A DNA stretch of 48,335 nt from a virus (Duplodnaviria > Caudoviricetes): positions 1 through 48,335 of the IMG/VR virus record IMGVR_UViG_3300017914_002150; one strand, written 5' to 3'. The notes beneath the pieces are model-generated. The model did no database searches, was not told where the DNA came from, and saw nothing but the letters and a program-made list of their open reading frames with translations. The position numbers and the translations under genes were made by a program. Below, piece by piece: positions 37,361 to 46,794 of the stretch (position 1 is its first letter; each line of letters opens with the position of its first letter).

Positions 37361-37447
37361 TTACTTATTCATTATGTAGTAAAACAATTTTACTAAATAG
37401 TATTCTATAAATCTAAACAATAAATATCCTACAATAAATTCTTGCAT
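37361..37447 (-). CDS. Small hydrophobic ORF MQEFIVGYLLFRFIEYYLVKLFYYIMNK (28 aa), not in the ORF track
   Basis: ATG 1 nt after the GroES-like stop; one hydrophobic or amphipathic helix. Confidence 0.45.
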   Translation of the reverse strand: MQEFIVGYLLFRFIEYYLVKLFYYIMNK

Positions 37448-37448
37448 A

Positions 37449-37997
37449 TTAAAAAAGTATACAAATATCTTTGTTTTTCATTCTGTACAGTTTCTGATCG
37501 TCTATAGTAAACTTATACTCACTGTTCTTTGTGAATGCTACCTTGTCTCCAGGTTTTAAATAATCGTGGTTTATATACTTTATTATACCCACGTGTTCTT
37601 CTTCCTGTACGTCAACCCTGTGCAGCAATTCATCTTGCTGATAATCAATAGGCTTTACAAAACAGTAATCGTTATGTGTATTCCACTGATTATTTCTATA
37701 GTACATGTATATTTTATCGTCATATACAAGATACAAATTATCTCTAATATATTCGTTGCTTTTGCGCTTGTTGCCCTTCATGTCATAATAGGTTCGAAAA
37801 ACATTATGATGCACAACAACTAAATCGCCTTTCTGTAGTGTAGAGTTATCTCTTGTACTAACAACCACACCAATCCTGTTTACATAATCAACATCTTCTA
37901 TAGAAGTGTTATTTATTAAAGTTACTCCAGATATTGTTGTTTCGTTGTTATACTCTTGTCCTAAAGGTTTTATTAAAGTGCCATATCTTGGCTTCAT
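37449..37997 (-). CDS. GroES-like co-chaperonin with two tandem GroES-type domains (182 aa)
   Basis: Two 'IKP...G.VV.....L.KGD.V' units (LIKPL...IGVVVS...LQKGDLVVVH and FVKPI...VGIIKY...LKPGDKVAF...LYRMKNKDI). Confidence 0.65.
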   Translation of the reverse strand: MKPRYGTLIKPLGQEYNNETTISGVTLINNTSIEDVDYVNRIGVVVSTRDNSTLQKGDLVVVHHNVFRTYYDMKGNKRKSNEYIRDNLYLVYDDKIYMYYRNNQWNTHNDYCFVKPIDYQQDELLHRVDVQEEEHVGIIKYINHDYLKPGDKVAFTKNSEYKFTIDDQKLYRMKNKDICILF

Positions 37998-38212
37998 ATA
38001 TCTATATTGTATTCTATTGTAATTGGAATATTTTTAAAGTCTTTCCATTTAACGACCTCTTCGCCTTTTTTTATCCACACACTATATATATCCTTTTCGT
38101 CTTTACTTATTTGATATATACTGTAGCTTCCATCCATTACGGTGTTACCTACAAGATAATGCATAGCATCCTTATAATTACCTCCTATGGAGATTTTTCT
38201 AATGTAACTCAT
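37994..38212 (-). CDS. Conserved hypothetical protein (72 aa)
   Basis: 'IRKISIG..YKDAMHY.VG..V...W KDF..PITIEY', recalled upstream of the GroES-like gene in related phages; ATGA overlap with the next gene. Confidence 0.65.
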   Translation of the reverse strand: MSYIRKISIGGNYKDAMHYLVGNTVMDGSYSIYQISKDEKDIYSVWIKKGEEVVKWKDFKNIPITIEYNIDI

Positions 38213-38224
38213 TTATGATATATT

Positions 38225-39130
38225 TTAATAACCAGGAACGACTAAATCCTTATAAACACAAGCAGCGGCATAATTAGAAAAATATGGACTTGTATTCGTG
38301 TTAGCTCCCTGAGACGGCAATGCATAAGAGTTATTAGGATGTGATATTTTTACTTGCACTCTAATAGAGTTGTCAAATCTTAATGGAACAAACCCTTTTG
38401 CTGGAGTAAACTCATCAGGCATAGGTAGAGCGATTGATTCCTCAGGATGAGTGTAAACACCCATACTATTCTTAGTGTAGTAATAAGTTCTGTGATGTGC
38501 CCCTGTACCAAGTGCGCTGTGATTCATACCGAACATACCTCCTGAAAATGGATTAGATGTTGTACTAGTACTACCAAGACAACCCCAAAATAATCTTTCG
38601 TGTGATGAAGTTGTAGAACCATTTCTGTAGTGTAGATTTCCTACGAATTCATATTCTTGACTGTCAACAATGATTTTAATATGACTTTTACCACCTACCT
38701 CAGCACCATGATTTCCAAGTCCAACAACCCATCCTAAATAGCCTCCAAAGCCACTATGATTACATACATCAACCCAAGTGTCTTGCTGAGTATTGTAGTC
38801 AACAATAACATATCCACCAGCAATATCACTATTTGTTGCTGCCTCAAAATTATCTATTTGCGTGTGATTCCCTGCATTTTCATCTTTCATGTTAGGATTA
38901 CGCCAGGTATAGTCATTGTAAACAGTACTCCACTGGTCGTCATACATATTAAACATTCTAGGCATACTTGTATACCAGAAAACCTCCTCATGCGTTCCAT
39001 CATTATAATTAGACCATGTTTTAACATATCCCACATGATAAACTCCTACAGGAAGCAAACGAGGGTCTGTAGTGTATTGTGATTGTCCTGACGCCACTGC
39101 GTCTCCAAAAAATTGTGATAAAGTTGCCAT
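38225..39130 (-). CDS. Putative tail-tip/receptor-binding protein, paralog B (301 aa)
   Basis: N-terminus MATLSQFFGDAVASGQS, middle IKIIVDSQEYEF, LRFDNSI and C-terminus NYAAA...PGY are shared with the neighbouring gene. Confidence 0.55.
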   Translation of the reverse strand: MATLSQFFGDAVASGQSQYTTDPRLLPVGVYHVGYVKTWSNYNDGTHEEVFWYTSMPRMFNMYDDQWSTVYNDYTWRNPNMKDENAGNHTQIDNFEAATNSDIAGGYVIVDYNTQQDTWVDVCNHSGFGGYLGWVVGLGNHGAEVGGKSHIKIIVDSQEYEFVGNLHYRNGSTTSSHERLFWGCLGSTSTTSNPFSGGMFGMNHSALGTGAHHRTYYYTKNSMGVYTHPEESIALPMPDEFTPAKGFVPLRFDNSIRVQVKISHPNNSYALPSQGANTNTSPYFSNYAAACVYKDLVVPGY

Positions 39131-39143
39131 AGTTTATTTTTTT

Positions 39144-40034
39144 TTAATATCCTGGTATTGTGTAATCAAATGTCCATGCAGCAGCAGCGTAATTAGAATA
39201 TTCGTTTGTTGACTGTGTTGTTACACCTAAACCATCGTTTTTAACAAAACACTGAATTGAATTCTCAAATCTTAGTCCTGAATGACCTGCATAAACTCCT
39301 CCCAACGTCCAAGGATTTTTTAATTGGTATTGAGCCATGGTTTGGTATAAAACACCATTGTGACCATATCCAATAGATCCATTATGATTATCTCTATCTG
39401 TTCCTATATCATCATAAGCAGCAACAGTGTTAATACCTGGTGCCCAGCTACCAGACCCTGTTCCTGGTTGGATTGCACCCCACCCAAGTCTTCCTCTATG
39501 CAGAGTGGTATTTCCATCATAATATAGATGTTGGGCAGTAAACTCATATTCTTGTGCGTCAACAATAATTTTTATACCTGTAGTTGGTTTTACAGTAGAT
39601 GATACTACTAGGTTTTTCTGAGCTGGACCTAACACCCATGCTAGATAACCTGATTCACCTGTTACATTGCAAATCTCGACCCAGTTTCCAATATCTGTGT
39701 CTTCTATTTTAACAACATTACCTCTTCTTCTGGTATCAAAAAAAGCAGGATCCGCAATATCTCCATATCTCTTATTTACTGTCCCAACATTCCAGCTCCT
39801 ATTAGGAAGTTCTATATTACCACCAAATTCAACAGAGTCTACTTCATTGTAAGTATTCATGTAAGCATTCATCGCATCCCAGAAGTAGATTTCATAAGCG
39901 TTTCTCATGGTCTGAACCCTGGTTTTAATACCGAAGTACCTTGCATATACAGCTGGAAATTGTCTAGGATCTGTAAGATATTCTGATTGCCCTGATGCTA
40001 CAGCATCCCCAAAAAATTGTGTAAGTGTTGCCAT
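39144..40034 (-). CDS. Putative tail-tip/receptor-binding protein, paralog A (296 aa)
   Basis: MATLTQFFGDAVASGQS, IKIIVDAQEYEF, LRFENSI and NYAAA...PGY. Confidence 0.55.
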   Translation of the reverse strand: MATLTQFFGDAVASGQSEYLTDPRQFPAVYARYFGIKTRVQTMRNAYEIYFWDAMNAYMNTYNEVDSVEFGGNIELPNRSWNVGTVNKRYGDIADPAFFDTRRRGNVVKIEDTDIGNWVEICNVTGESGYLAWVLGPAQKNLVVSSTVKPTTGIKIIVDAQEYEFTAQHLYYDGNTTLHRGRLGWGAIQPGTGSGSWAPGINTVAAYDDIGTDRDNHNGSIGYGHNGVLYQTMAQYQLKNPWTLGGVYAGHSGLRFENSIQCFVKNDGLGVTTQSTNEYSNYAAAAWTFDYTIPGY

Positions 40035-40040
40035 AACTTA

Positions 40041-40517
40041 TTAGTTTTGTCCGATTATTACCCATCCTTTATCATCTCCTGAAAAAACTAATTCAAAAGA
40101 ACTATATCTATTGTTTAATGTCAAGTTACTTGATAAACCTAATATTTTTTTGCCATTTCTATTAACTACACAAGTTTCTACTTGCGACAAGTTGGATATT
40201 TTGATGCTGTCACCAACTGCTGGTGCTGCTGGCAAAGTTAAAATCAAATCAGCTGTAAAAACATACAGTGTTCCAGCTACTGCTGTAGCGTTGTCAGATA
40301 TAACGCTTACAGCATGTTTTGCATCATTAGTAGTTAATACAACATTACCAGTTCTACCATTAACTTGAGTAACGTCATTAGCGTCATCATTTTGTAGGTT
40401 TACAATGTCAGAGTATACTTCTGTAAAGTTATCATTAACCTTATCAAAAGCTTCTCTTACATTGTCTCCAGTTGTTAAATCACCAGCTGTACCTAAATCT
40501 ATGTTTTGTCTAGCCAT
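40041..40517 (-). CDS. Short fibre adaptor with T4 gp9/gp10-like modules (158 aa)
   Basis: 'RQNIDLGTAGDLTTGDNVREAFDKVNDNFTEVY', fibre repeat 'QVNGRTGNVVLT' and C-domain 'LTLPAAPAVGDSIKI...VNRNGKKI.G...L...ELVF.GDDKGW'. Confidence 0.7.
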   Translation of the reverse strand: MARQNIDLGTAGDLTTGDNVREAFDKVNDNFTEVYSDIVNLQNDDANDVTQVNGRTGNVVLTTNDAKHAVSVISDNATAVAGTLYVFTADLILTLPAAPAVGDSIKISNLSQVETCVVNRNGKKILGLSSNLTLNNRYSSFELVFSGDDKGWVIIGQN

Positions 40518-40529
40518 TTTCTTTTATTT

Positions 40530-43500
40530 TTAATTGCATGTTGTGTTATCGTATATAATATTGTTTTCACCACCCATATATCCGTGATATAAGCACTCAT
40601 ATGATAAGAATCCAAAGTCACCTGTTACAGTAACTGTTACATCACCATAGTAGTATGTGTATTGATATCCGTCCTGAGCTTGCTTACTGCCACCTGCATA
40701 TTGACCTGAATATGTAATGTTGTTAGTTTTCCCGTAATTCAAGAATGCTATAGGGTGTGATGCGGAAATGTTTTTAAATACATATGTTCCTGTTGTCATT
40801 CCGTATAAGCCATAGTTACCATTAAAGATATATTGACCGCCACCATAAGTTGCTGTATTCCCTGAAGCTGCTGTAGATAAACAGTATTGTGCTGTTGTTG
40901 CTACAGTTGTACTAGATGTTGTGGTAGGTTCTAGTGTAGTTGGTATTATGGTTGTTGTAGTCTCTATAAGACTATTTGGTATTTCTGTTGTTGTAGGCGT
41001 AATTAGTGTTGTTGTAGATGTCGTAGGTATTACACTAATAACTGGACAAGTATCATCAAATACAAGTCTATCTTGACCACCCATATATCCATGATTAGAG
41101 CAGTCATAACTAATTACACCAAAATTACCTGACACCTGTACAGTTATATCACCATAATAATAATTATACATATGACCGTCTGGAGCCGTATGCGATATAC
41201 TTTTCATTGGTTCACCGCTATAGCTTATATTAGACCAGTTACCATAGTTTAATATAGCTATTGGATGAGACTGTGGAACGTTTCGTAAAACATACGTTCC
41301 ATTTGTCAACCCAATTTTCTCATTAGAAACGTATGGTCTATTGTCAAACAAGTAATACCCGTTACTAGCAGTGATTGTTTGCTCTTCTGTTATGCAGAAA
41401 GTGTAGTCAGTAGCACTAGAAGTTGTTGTGCTTGTTGTCAAAGGCAAAGTGGTTGTGCTAGTGTGACTTATGGGACTATACTTAAATATATCTTGACCAC
41501 CAGCATAAGAATTTTCATTATATCTGTAAAAACCTACTTGTCCAAAATCACCATCAACTATAACAATAATTTCTCCGTGGTAAAAGTAATGTGGTGTACC
41601 ATCTACTGATTTAACTGATCTTTTGTAAAAATCACCAGAATAACTTATTTGAGATTCTTGACTACCAAAAAGCCCTGTTGTTGTAGCTCCAACAATAGCG
41701 ATTGGATCATCATCTGGAGCTGTAAATATGTAAGTTCCTTCTTCTAATCCATATCTTGTGTTTGCATTATATGCAATACCATTAAAAACAACGTTACCGC
41801 TACCATCAAATGTTATTGCAACTTCTTCAGGCAGGTTAGTTATAGTATGTGGAAAAGCTGTAGTAGTAGGTATTACTACTTCTTGATATGGTAATATTTT
41901 TGAATTTCTTGGTGTAGAAGTTGTTGTGCTCGTAGTTGCCTGTACAACTCTAACTATATCCGTGTCTTCTAAAGCTTCATTGCCAACGCAATCAAAGTTT
42001 CTAATAGATGACGCATATATTGTTGTATCACTAACTTTTGATGTCGTATCTGACGCAGTAGTGCCTTCAGCCGTTAGGTAGTCTTGGTGTACAAGTATTT
42101 TCTCCATACCTATATACCCTTGAGCTGTTGGTTTTTTGTAATAATATAAGCTTATAGTTTCGAAATTATCTCTAACCTTTATTGTTACATCACCATAGTA
42201 AAAATCATATACAGAATCTGCATCTGTTCCATTGGTTTTTATAAAATGTTTTTTTCTTAAATCTCCTGTGTATGTGATTTTTTGTTCTTTGCCTTTATTT
42301 AAAACAGCAATAGGATAGTCCGCAGGTACATTGAGTATTTTATAGTCTCCATTCGTAACAACGTAATTTGTATTCTCGTAATAATCTTTATCATTAAAGA
42401 CCATCTTATCACCGTTGTATTTTACAACTGTTGCTTCAGTAGTATCAATTAAACACTCCAGCTCTGAAATACCTTCTGGTAAATCTGAAGGAGCTGCCGT
42501 GGTTGTTGATGTTGTAGTTGTGTTTTCTACATCAGCATTTACGGTAGCGTCATAAGAAGTTAAAACAAAATCTGTTCCTGGAACCCAACCCACAAATCCT
42601 CTTTCGTCTACATCTGTAATTCTAAATTCATATGTAACGTCAAATAATTGTATATCCCAGACCACACCATTTAAACTTGTTGCATATCCGTTTGGATAAG
42701 ATGCTATGTAAACACCGTTTTTGTATACAACATCTATAACAGTAGTGCCTTTAGTGTGATACCAATAACTTAATGATCTTCCTACGCTATTCGAATTGGA
42801 ATTGTCTCCAGACTCAAAATCGTCTGCCGTAAAAGTAAACTTAGATATACCAATATAATTGCTACCACTACGAGAATAATAGTAAGCTAAATAAAAATTA
42901 TCATTAGCGAATGTTAATGATCTTTGACCCCTATAATTTGATTCTGTATTATCAAATAAGTAAAACCAAGAACTATTACCAGTAGCTCTTGATCTGGTGT
43001 TATAAATACCGTTCTTATTCATATATGAACCTGCATAGCCTGCGTCCGTCCACATCATGTATGGGTAATCCCCGTCTACTCCAGAAAACTCAGGAGATAC
43101 ACCATAATGGCCCATCCATCCTGGTTGACTAGCTAACTCAGTTATACTATAATATTCTTGATTTTCAGATAAGCTAATAAAACCTATTTTCCAGGCATTT
43201 GCTGAATTTCTATAGTTACACCATATTTTTCCTCCGAAATACGTCATTGTAGTACCATAACTGTTTCCGAAAGCACCTGATACATCATTCCATGTAACAA
43301 AATCTTTTGTGTAAACTGGTGGTTCATTATCTACTTTTGTATGGAAAAACCATGCTCTATTAATAGGATCAAATCCAATACTATCACATCTTGCTTCCGA
43401 TCTAAAAGGGTGTCCATCTGGATGTAAAACTTTTGTCCAATTATACATGTCATCACTGACCATTATATAATTGTTGCCATCGTCTACTACAATATATTTT

Positions 43501-44120
43501 CCACCAACATATTTTACTCTGTGACTTATGTTGTCTGGCTGTGCTGGTAAAACTTGATATTGATTAAATCTAAGTGAAGATCTTAATGTAGTAAAAATCT
43601 CATTTCGTGAAAATATTTTTTGTGCTGATATAGCGTCTTTTCCAAAAGCAGTTAAACCATTTGGTGCATTTAAAAGTGCAGCGACAGCATCATCATTAGC
43701 TAAAATTAAATCTACCGCATGAGAGTTAGATGCAATCTCATATGCTGTTCTTGGGTTGTTTATTATTTTACCGAAACCAATATGACCAGATACTGTATTT
43801 AAAAAGTTATTAAAAGCTGCATTGTCATTATCTTCATTTGTAATAAATAAAAATGCATTTGCCTCAAGCTGCGAGTTCTCTTCTCGAGTAGCATTATCAG
43901 ATATCATATCGTATGCTTCGGTATTGATACCTATAAGCTCATCGTACCTGTCGTGAGCCTTCATCTTATCTAAAAGATTGGGATATGAAATTACTTCCTC
44001 AAACGCAATTCTAAAAAGAGAAGACTGTTTTATTTGAGAATCAAGCTGCCCTTGTGTTATATCTGCGCTAAAAAACGTGTCGTATATGAATATAGCTTTA
44101 TCTGATAGACTGCTTGCCAT
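40530..44120 (-). CDS. Large tail/virion protein (1196 aa): helical N-terminus, beta-propeller, four cupredoxin-like repeats and Thr-rich linkers
   Basis: Asp-box-like SDDMYNW/TKDFVTW/TSLNGVVW; four copies of 'G.Y....P..(H)PIA.LN....ITY.G....Y.(Y)YGD..V.V.G.FG..S(Y.C..HGYMGG)'; TTTSTTT linkers. Confidence 0.7.
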   Translation of the reverse strand: MASSLSDKAIFIYDTFFSADITQGQLDSQIKQSSLFRIAFEEVISYPNLLDKMKAHDRYDELIGINTEAYDMISDNATREENSQLEANAFLFITNEDNDNAAFNNFLNTVSGHIGFGKIINNPRTAYEIASNSHAVDLILANDDAVAALLNAPNGLTAFGKDAISAQKIFSRNEIFTTLRSSLRFNQYQVLPAQPDNISHRVKYVGGKYIVVDDGNNYIMVSDDMYNWTKVLHPDGHPFRSEARCDSIGFDPINRAWFFHTKVDNEPPVYTKDFVTWNDVSGAFGNSYGTTMTYFGGKIWCNYRNSANAWKIGFISLSENQEYYSITELASQPGWMGHYGVSPEFSGVDGDYPYMMWTDAGYAGSYMNKNGIYNTRSRATGNSSWFYLFDNTESNYRGQRSLTFANDNFYLAYYYSRSGSNYIGISKFTFTADDFESGDNSNSNSVGRSLSYWYHTKGTTVIDVVYKNGVYIASYPNGYATSLNGVVWDIQLFDVTYEFRITDVDERGFVGWVPGTDFVLTSYDATVNADVENTTTTSTTTAAPSDLPEGISELECLIDTTEATVVKYNGDKMVFNDKDYYENTNYVVTNGDYKILNVPADYPIAVLNKGKEQKITYTGDLRKKHFIKTNGTDADSVYDFYYGDVTIKVRDNFETISLYYYKKPTAQGYIGMEKILVHQDYLTAEGTTASDTTSKVSDTTIYASSIRNFDCVGNEALEDTDIVRVVQATTSTTTSTPRNSKILPYQEVVIPTTTAFPHTITNLPEEVAITFDGSGNVVFNGIAYNANTRYGLEEGTYIFTAPDDDPIAIVGATTTGLFGSQESQISYSGDFYKRSVKSVDGTPHYFYHGEIIVIVDGDFGQVGFYRYNENSYAGGQDIFKYSPISHTSTTTLPLTTSTTTSSATDYTFCITEEQTITASNGYYLFDNRPYVSNEKIGLTNGTYVLRNVPQSHPIAILNYGNWSNISYSGEPMKSISHTAPDGHMYNYYYGDITVQVSGNFGVISYDCSNHGYMGGQDRLVFDDTCPVISVIPTTSTTTLITPTTTEIPNSLIETTTTIIPTTLEPTTTSSTTVATTAQYCLSTAASGNTATYGGGQYIFNGNYGLYGMTTGTYVFKNISASHPIAFLNYGKTNNITYSGQYAGGSKQAQDGYQYTYYYGDVTVTVTGDFGFLSYECLYHGYMGGENNIIYDNTTCN

Positions 44121-44145
44121 GCTTGTTTATTTTATTGTGTTTCTA

Positions 44146-44631
44146 CTACTCAGCAGGTGCTTCTGTAGTAGTTGTTGTTGTTTCTTCTGGTGCATGATAC
44201 TGAGTGTTTCTTTCTATTATATCTGAAATCTCAATAATACCAAAAGCATTTTTTACAATATTTTTATTTTGTTCTGTCATGGAATATAACAAACAATTGT
44301 CATCAGTTGTATCGACATCTATATTTTCCAGTTCAGAAAACCAAGTATTAAATTCTTCTGTCTCACCTGTTAGGTCAAGTGATGATAAAAGAGGCTTTAA
44401 CAAAGCTGCTGGCACTACTGTTTGTGCTCCATGCCTTTCTACCAAGTCCTGCTTTGTGCTTTCTCTTATAACCATAGGACTAGCGTTAACATCTATGTAA
44501 TTTCCCTGTGATACTGACACGTTGTTAGCAACTTCCTTACCCTCTCCTCTATCTCTGTGATATTCAAAGTCAGACTCGCTTTCTTGAACAACTCTAACAA
44601 CTATGTTATTGTCAAATAATATGTATTTCAT
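44146..44631 (-). CDS. Hypothetical tail-associated protein (161 aa) with a C-terminal poly-Thr tail
   Basis: Coupled to its neighbours; ends in EETTTTTTEAPAE; tandem TAG TAG stop. Confidence 0.6.
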   Translation of the reverse strand: MKYILFDNNIVVRVVQESESDFEYHRDRGEGKEVANNVSVSQGNYIDVNASPMVIRESTKQDLVERHGAQTVVPAALLKPLLSSLDLTGETEEFNTWFSELENIDVDTTDDNCLLYSMTEQNKNIVKNAFGIIEISDIIERNTQYHAPEETTTTTTEAPAE

Positions 44632-44632
44632 C

Positions 44633-46765
44633 TTAAGTGGTTATTAAGTTTAGGTTTCTGTCGTAATTAGACTTTCGTGTGCCATCTGCATTATAATATT
44701 CAAATAAATAGTTATAAGGGTTGTATATACCCATAGACGTTCCAGATGCTGTATAGCCTTGTCTGTCCATATAGTCCCAATTAAATTTAACGTAATCATA
44801 CTCTTGATGATCATTACCTCCGAATATGTCGTTAGTCACGTCTGTCATGTCAGCGTGTTTAGCAAACAAATAATCACAATCTGCAAGCATTTGATGATGA
44901 GCGTTACTAGCGTATTGTCTAGAAAAAATAAACTTGTCGTGTTTAATAGGAATTGCATTAAATCCTCTGGAAGTGTCAGTGTATCGAAAAGGAAGCATTG
45001 CCCCATCAGACACCCTGATTAACGCACCTGATATACCAGCTCCGTAATAATAATAAGAATGGAATAACGCAGCATATTTACCGTCATTAGTCACACTAAC
45101 AATACCTCCACCATAATCAGCAGAAGTGTAAGGAGTGCTACCATCCCACCACTTCATTGCATCATACTCGTAACCATCGTTAGCAGAGTTTTTAACAATT
45201 CTTCTTATTGCTAAACCTTTAGGTGAATGCGAATGGTCGTAAGGTGTAGATATAATCATAGTATCGTTATCACACAAAACGACTTTTCCATGATACCTAT
45301 CGTATGTAGAATAGTTATTTACTGCTTTATCATCTTGTGACGCTGTCTTGAAATCTAAATCACTGTCTATTTGTAAAGTCATTATGCCTTCTGAAACAGG
45401 GTTAACATCATAACCAGAAACCTCTACCCTTCCTAAACATATATCCCTTAAATCTTTTCCTTGATTTATTGTGTAAAGTTTTGGATTCCAATTGTAAGAT
45501 GTTCCATTTGCTTCTGTTTCTATATAAGCAAATTTATTAGTATTAGCGTTAAATGCTGTTAAACCGTAACCACTATTATGGTAGTCGGTAAACCTTAATC
45601 TATCGTGATATTGTATATCGCCTGGATAATTATTATCGTCACCTGTTCTATGATCAAATTTACCCCAATTTTGGAAGGTATTGTGAGAACGGTTAGTTGT
45701 CCAATAATCACTTTCAGCTCTCCTGTTAGGTCTTTTCATTCGACTATAAGTTGCAAAGTTTCCTGGCTGAGTAGCGTGCATATACAACATATTGCCGTTG
45801 TAAGGTCTAGACATAATAAAATCTCTCTTGCAAGTTCCCACAACAGAAGTTATAGACCCACCATAGGTCACACGTTCGCTTGAACCAGTATAATTGGTCG
45901 ATAGAAGAAAATTACCTGGATGTAATCCTGCCCATGCTTTTGGATTAAAGGTATGTCTTCCGATACCATAGTGATCCATATAACCAGTTACGCCTGGGTT
46001 GTTTCTGTCAGAACTTGCAGCTGTCTCTTCTGTGCTGTATATTCCATAATTGTGAACCATTTCCCAATACTGGTACCTCGCTGACGGCATTAAATGGTCT
46101 TGTATATTGGCTGACGCACCAACAGTGTATGTAATATCACTATTATGCACACCTACTTCATCAATTTTTTGCATCTCATGATTGTAAAGACTTACTGTAG
46201 AATCATAAGTAGTATACCCTCTTCTATTTACCCTTAAGAAAGCTGCTGACTTCCAAGGATGATCTATAACTCTTTCTGGATAACCTGGGTTATGTGGCTT
46301 AAAGTTTTTAGGTAATGGGTGCGGTCCATCCCATTTTGGTGCATCATTATCTTGACCATATTGGTCTTTTTCGGTTATAAATGTGATACTTTCTTCTACA
46401 GATGATTTTCCAGGTAAAGCGTTTATTGTTGTTGTAATTTCAGCATCTGTGGCAACAAGCGTGTCTTTAGCGGTATTAATTGCTGAAACCGCATTTGTCG
46501 CAGATGTATCTATTCTGCTTGCAGTTGCACTAAATGTATCAAGTGCTGTTTGTGAATCTTCTTGAAACTGTGAGTTAGCAGAGTCAATTGCATCAACTGC
46601 AGATTGCGACAGTCCAATTACGACTGCTTGAAAATCATTTCCTGTTTGTAGCTGATTGAGACCTTTTGTGTACAGTACAACCTGTTCAGCCGTAGCCGTT
46701 CCATCGGTTATTTTCTGTGATATATCATCAACTAAACTTTGACTTAGAGTTATAGAGTTAGCCAT
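44633..46765 (-). CDS. Putative tail fibre/spike protein (710 aa)
   Basis: N-terminal Ala/Ser/Thr coiled coil followed by a Tyr/Gly/Asn-rich beta region; located in the fibre cluster. Confidence 0.5.
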   Translation of the reverse strand: MANSITLSQSLVDDISQKITDGTATAEQVVLYTKGLNQLQTGNDFQAVVIGLSQSAVDAIDSANSQFQEDSQTALDTFSATASRIDTSATNAVSAINTAKDTLVATDAEITTTINALPGKSSVEESITFITEKDQYGQDNDAPKWDGPHPLPKNFKPHNPGYPERVIDHPWKSAAFLRVNRRGYTTYDSTVSLYNHEMQKIDEVGVHNSDITYTVGASANIQDHLMPSARYQYWEMVHNYGIYSTEETAASSDRNNPGVTGYMDHYGIGRHTFNPKAWAGLHPGNFLLSTNYTGSSERVTYGGSITSVVGTCKRDFIMSRPYNGNMLYMHATQPGNFATYSRMKRPNRRAESDYWTTNRSHNTFQNWGKFDHRTGDDNNYPGDIQYHDRLRFTDYHNSGYGLTAFNANTNKFAYIETEANGTSYNWNPKLYTINQGKDLRDICLGRVEVSGYDVNPVSEGIMTLQIDSDLDFKTASQDDKAVNNYSTYDRYHGKVVLCDNDTMIISTPYDHSHSPKGLAIRRIVKNSANDGYEYDAMKWWDGSTPYTSADYGGGIVSVTNDGKYAALFHSYYYYGAGISGALIRVSDGAMLPFRYTDTSRGFNAIPIKHDKFIFSRQYASNAHHQMLADCDYLFAKHADMTDVTNDIFGGNDHQEYDYVKFNWDYMDRQGYTASGTSMGIYNPYNYLFEYYNADGTRKSNYDRNLNLITT

Positions 46766-46779
46766 CTTTTATTTTTTTA

Positions 46780-46791
46780 CAAATTTACTAA
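46780..46791 (-). promoter_or_regulatory. -7 promoter TTAG-TAAATTTG
   Basis: TAnnTTTG at 46780-46787 in a 29-nt gap, 14 nt upstream of the ATG at 46765. Confidence 0.65.
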
Positions 46792-46794
46792 ATA

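Noticed and set aside
38225-40034. Possible DGR or invertible tail-fibre switch between the paralogs
   Set aside because: No reverse transcriptase or recombinase lies in the window, both genes have the same orientation, and the shared segments differ at synonymous sites rather than only at adenines.
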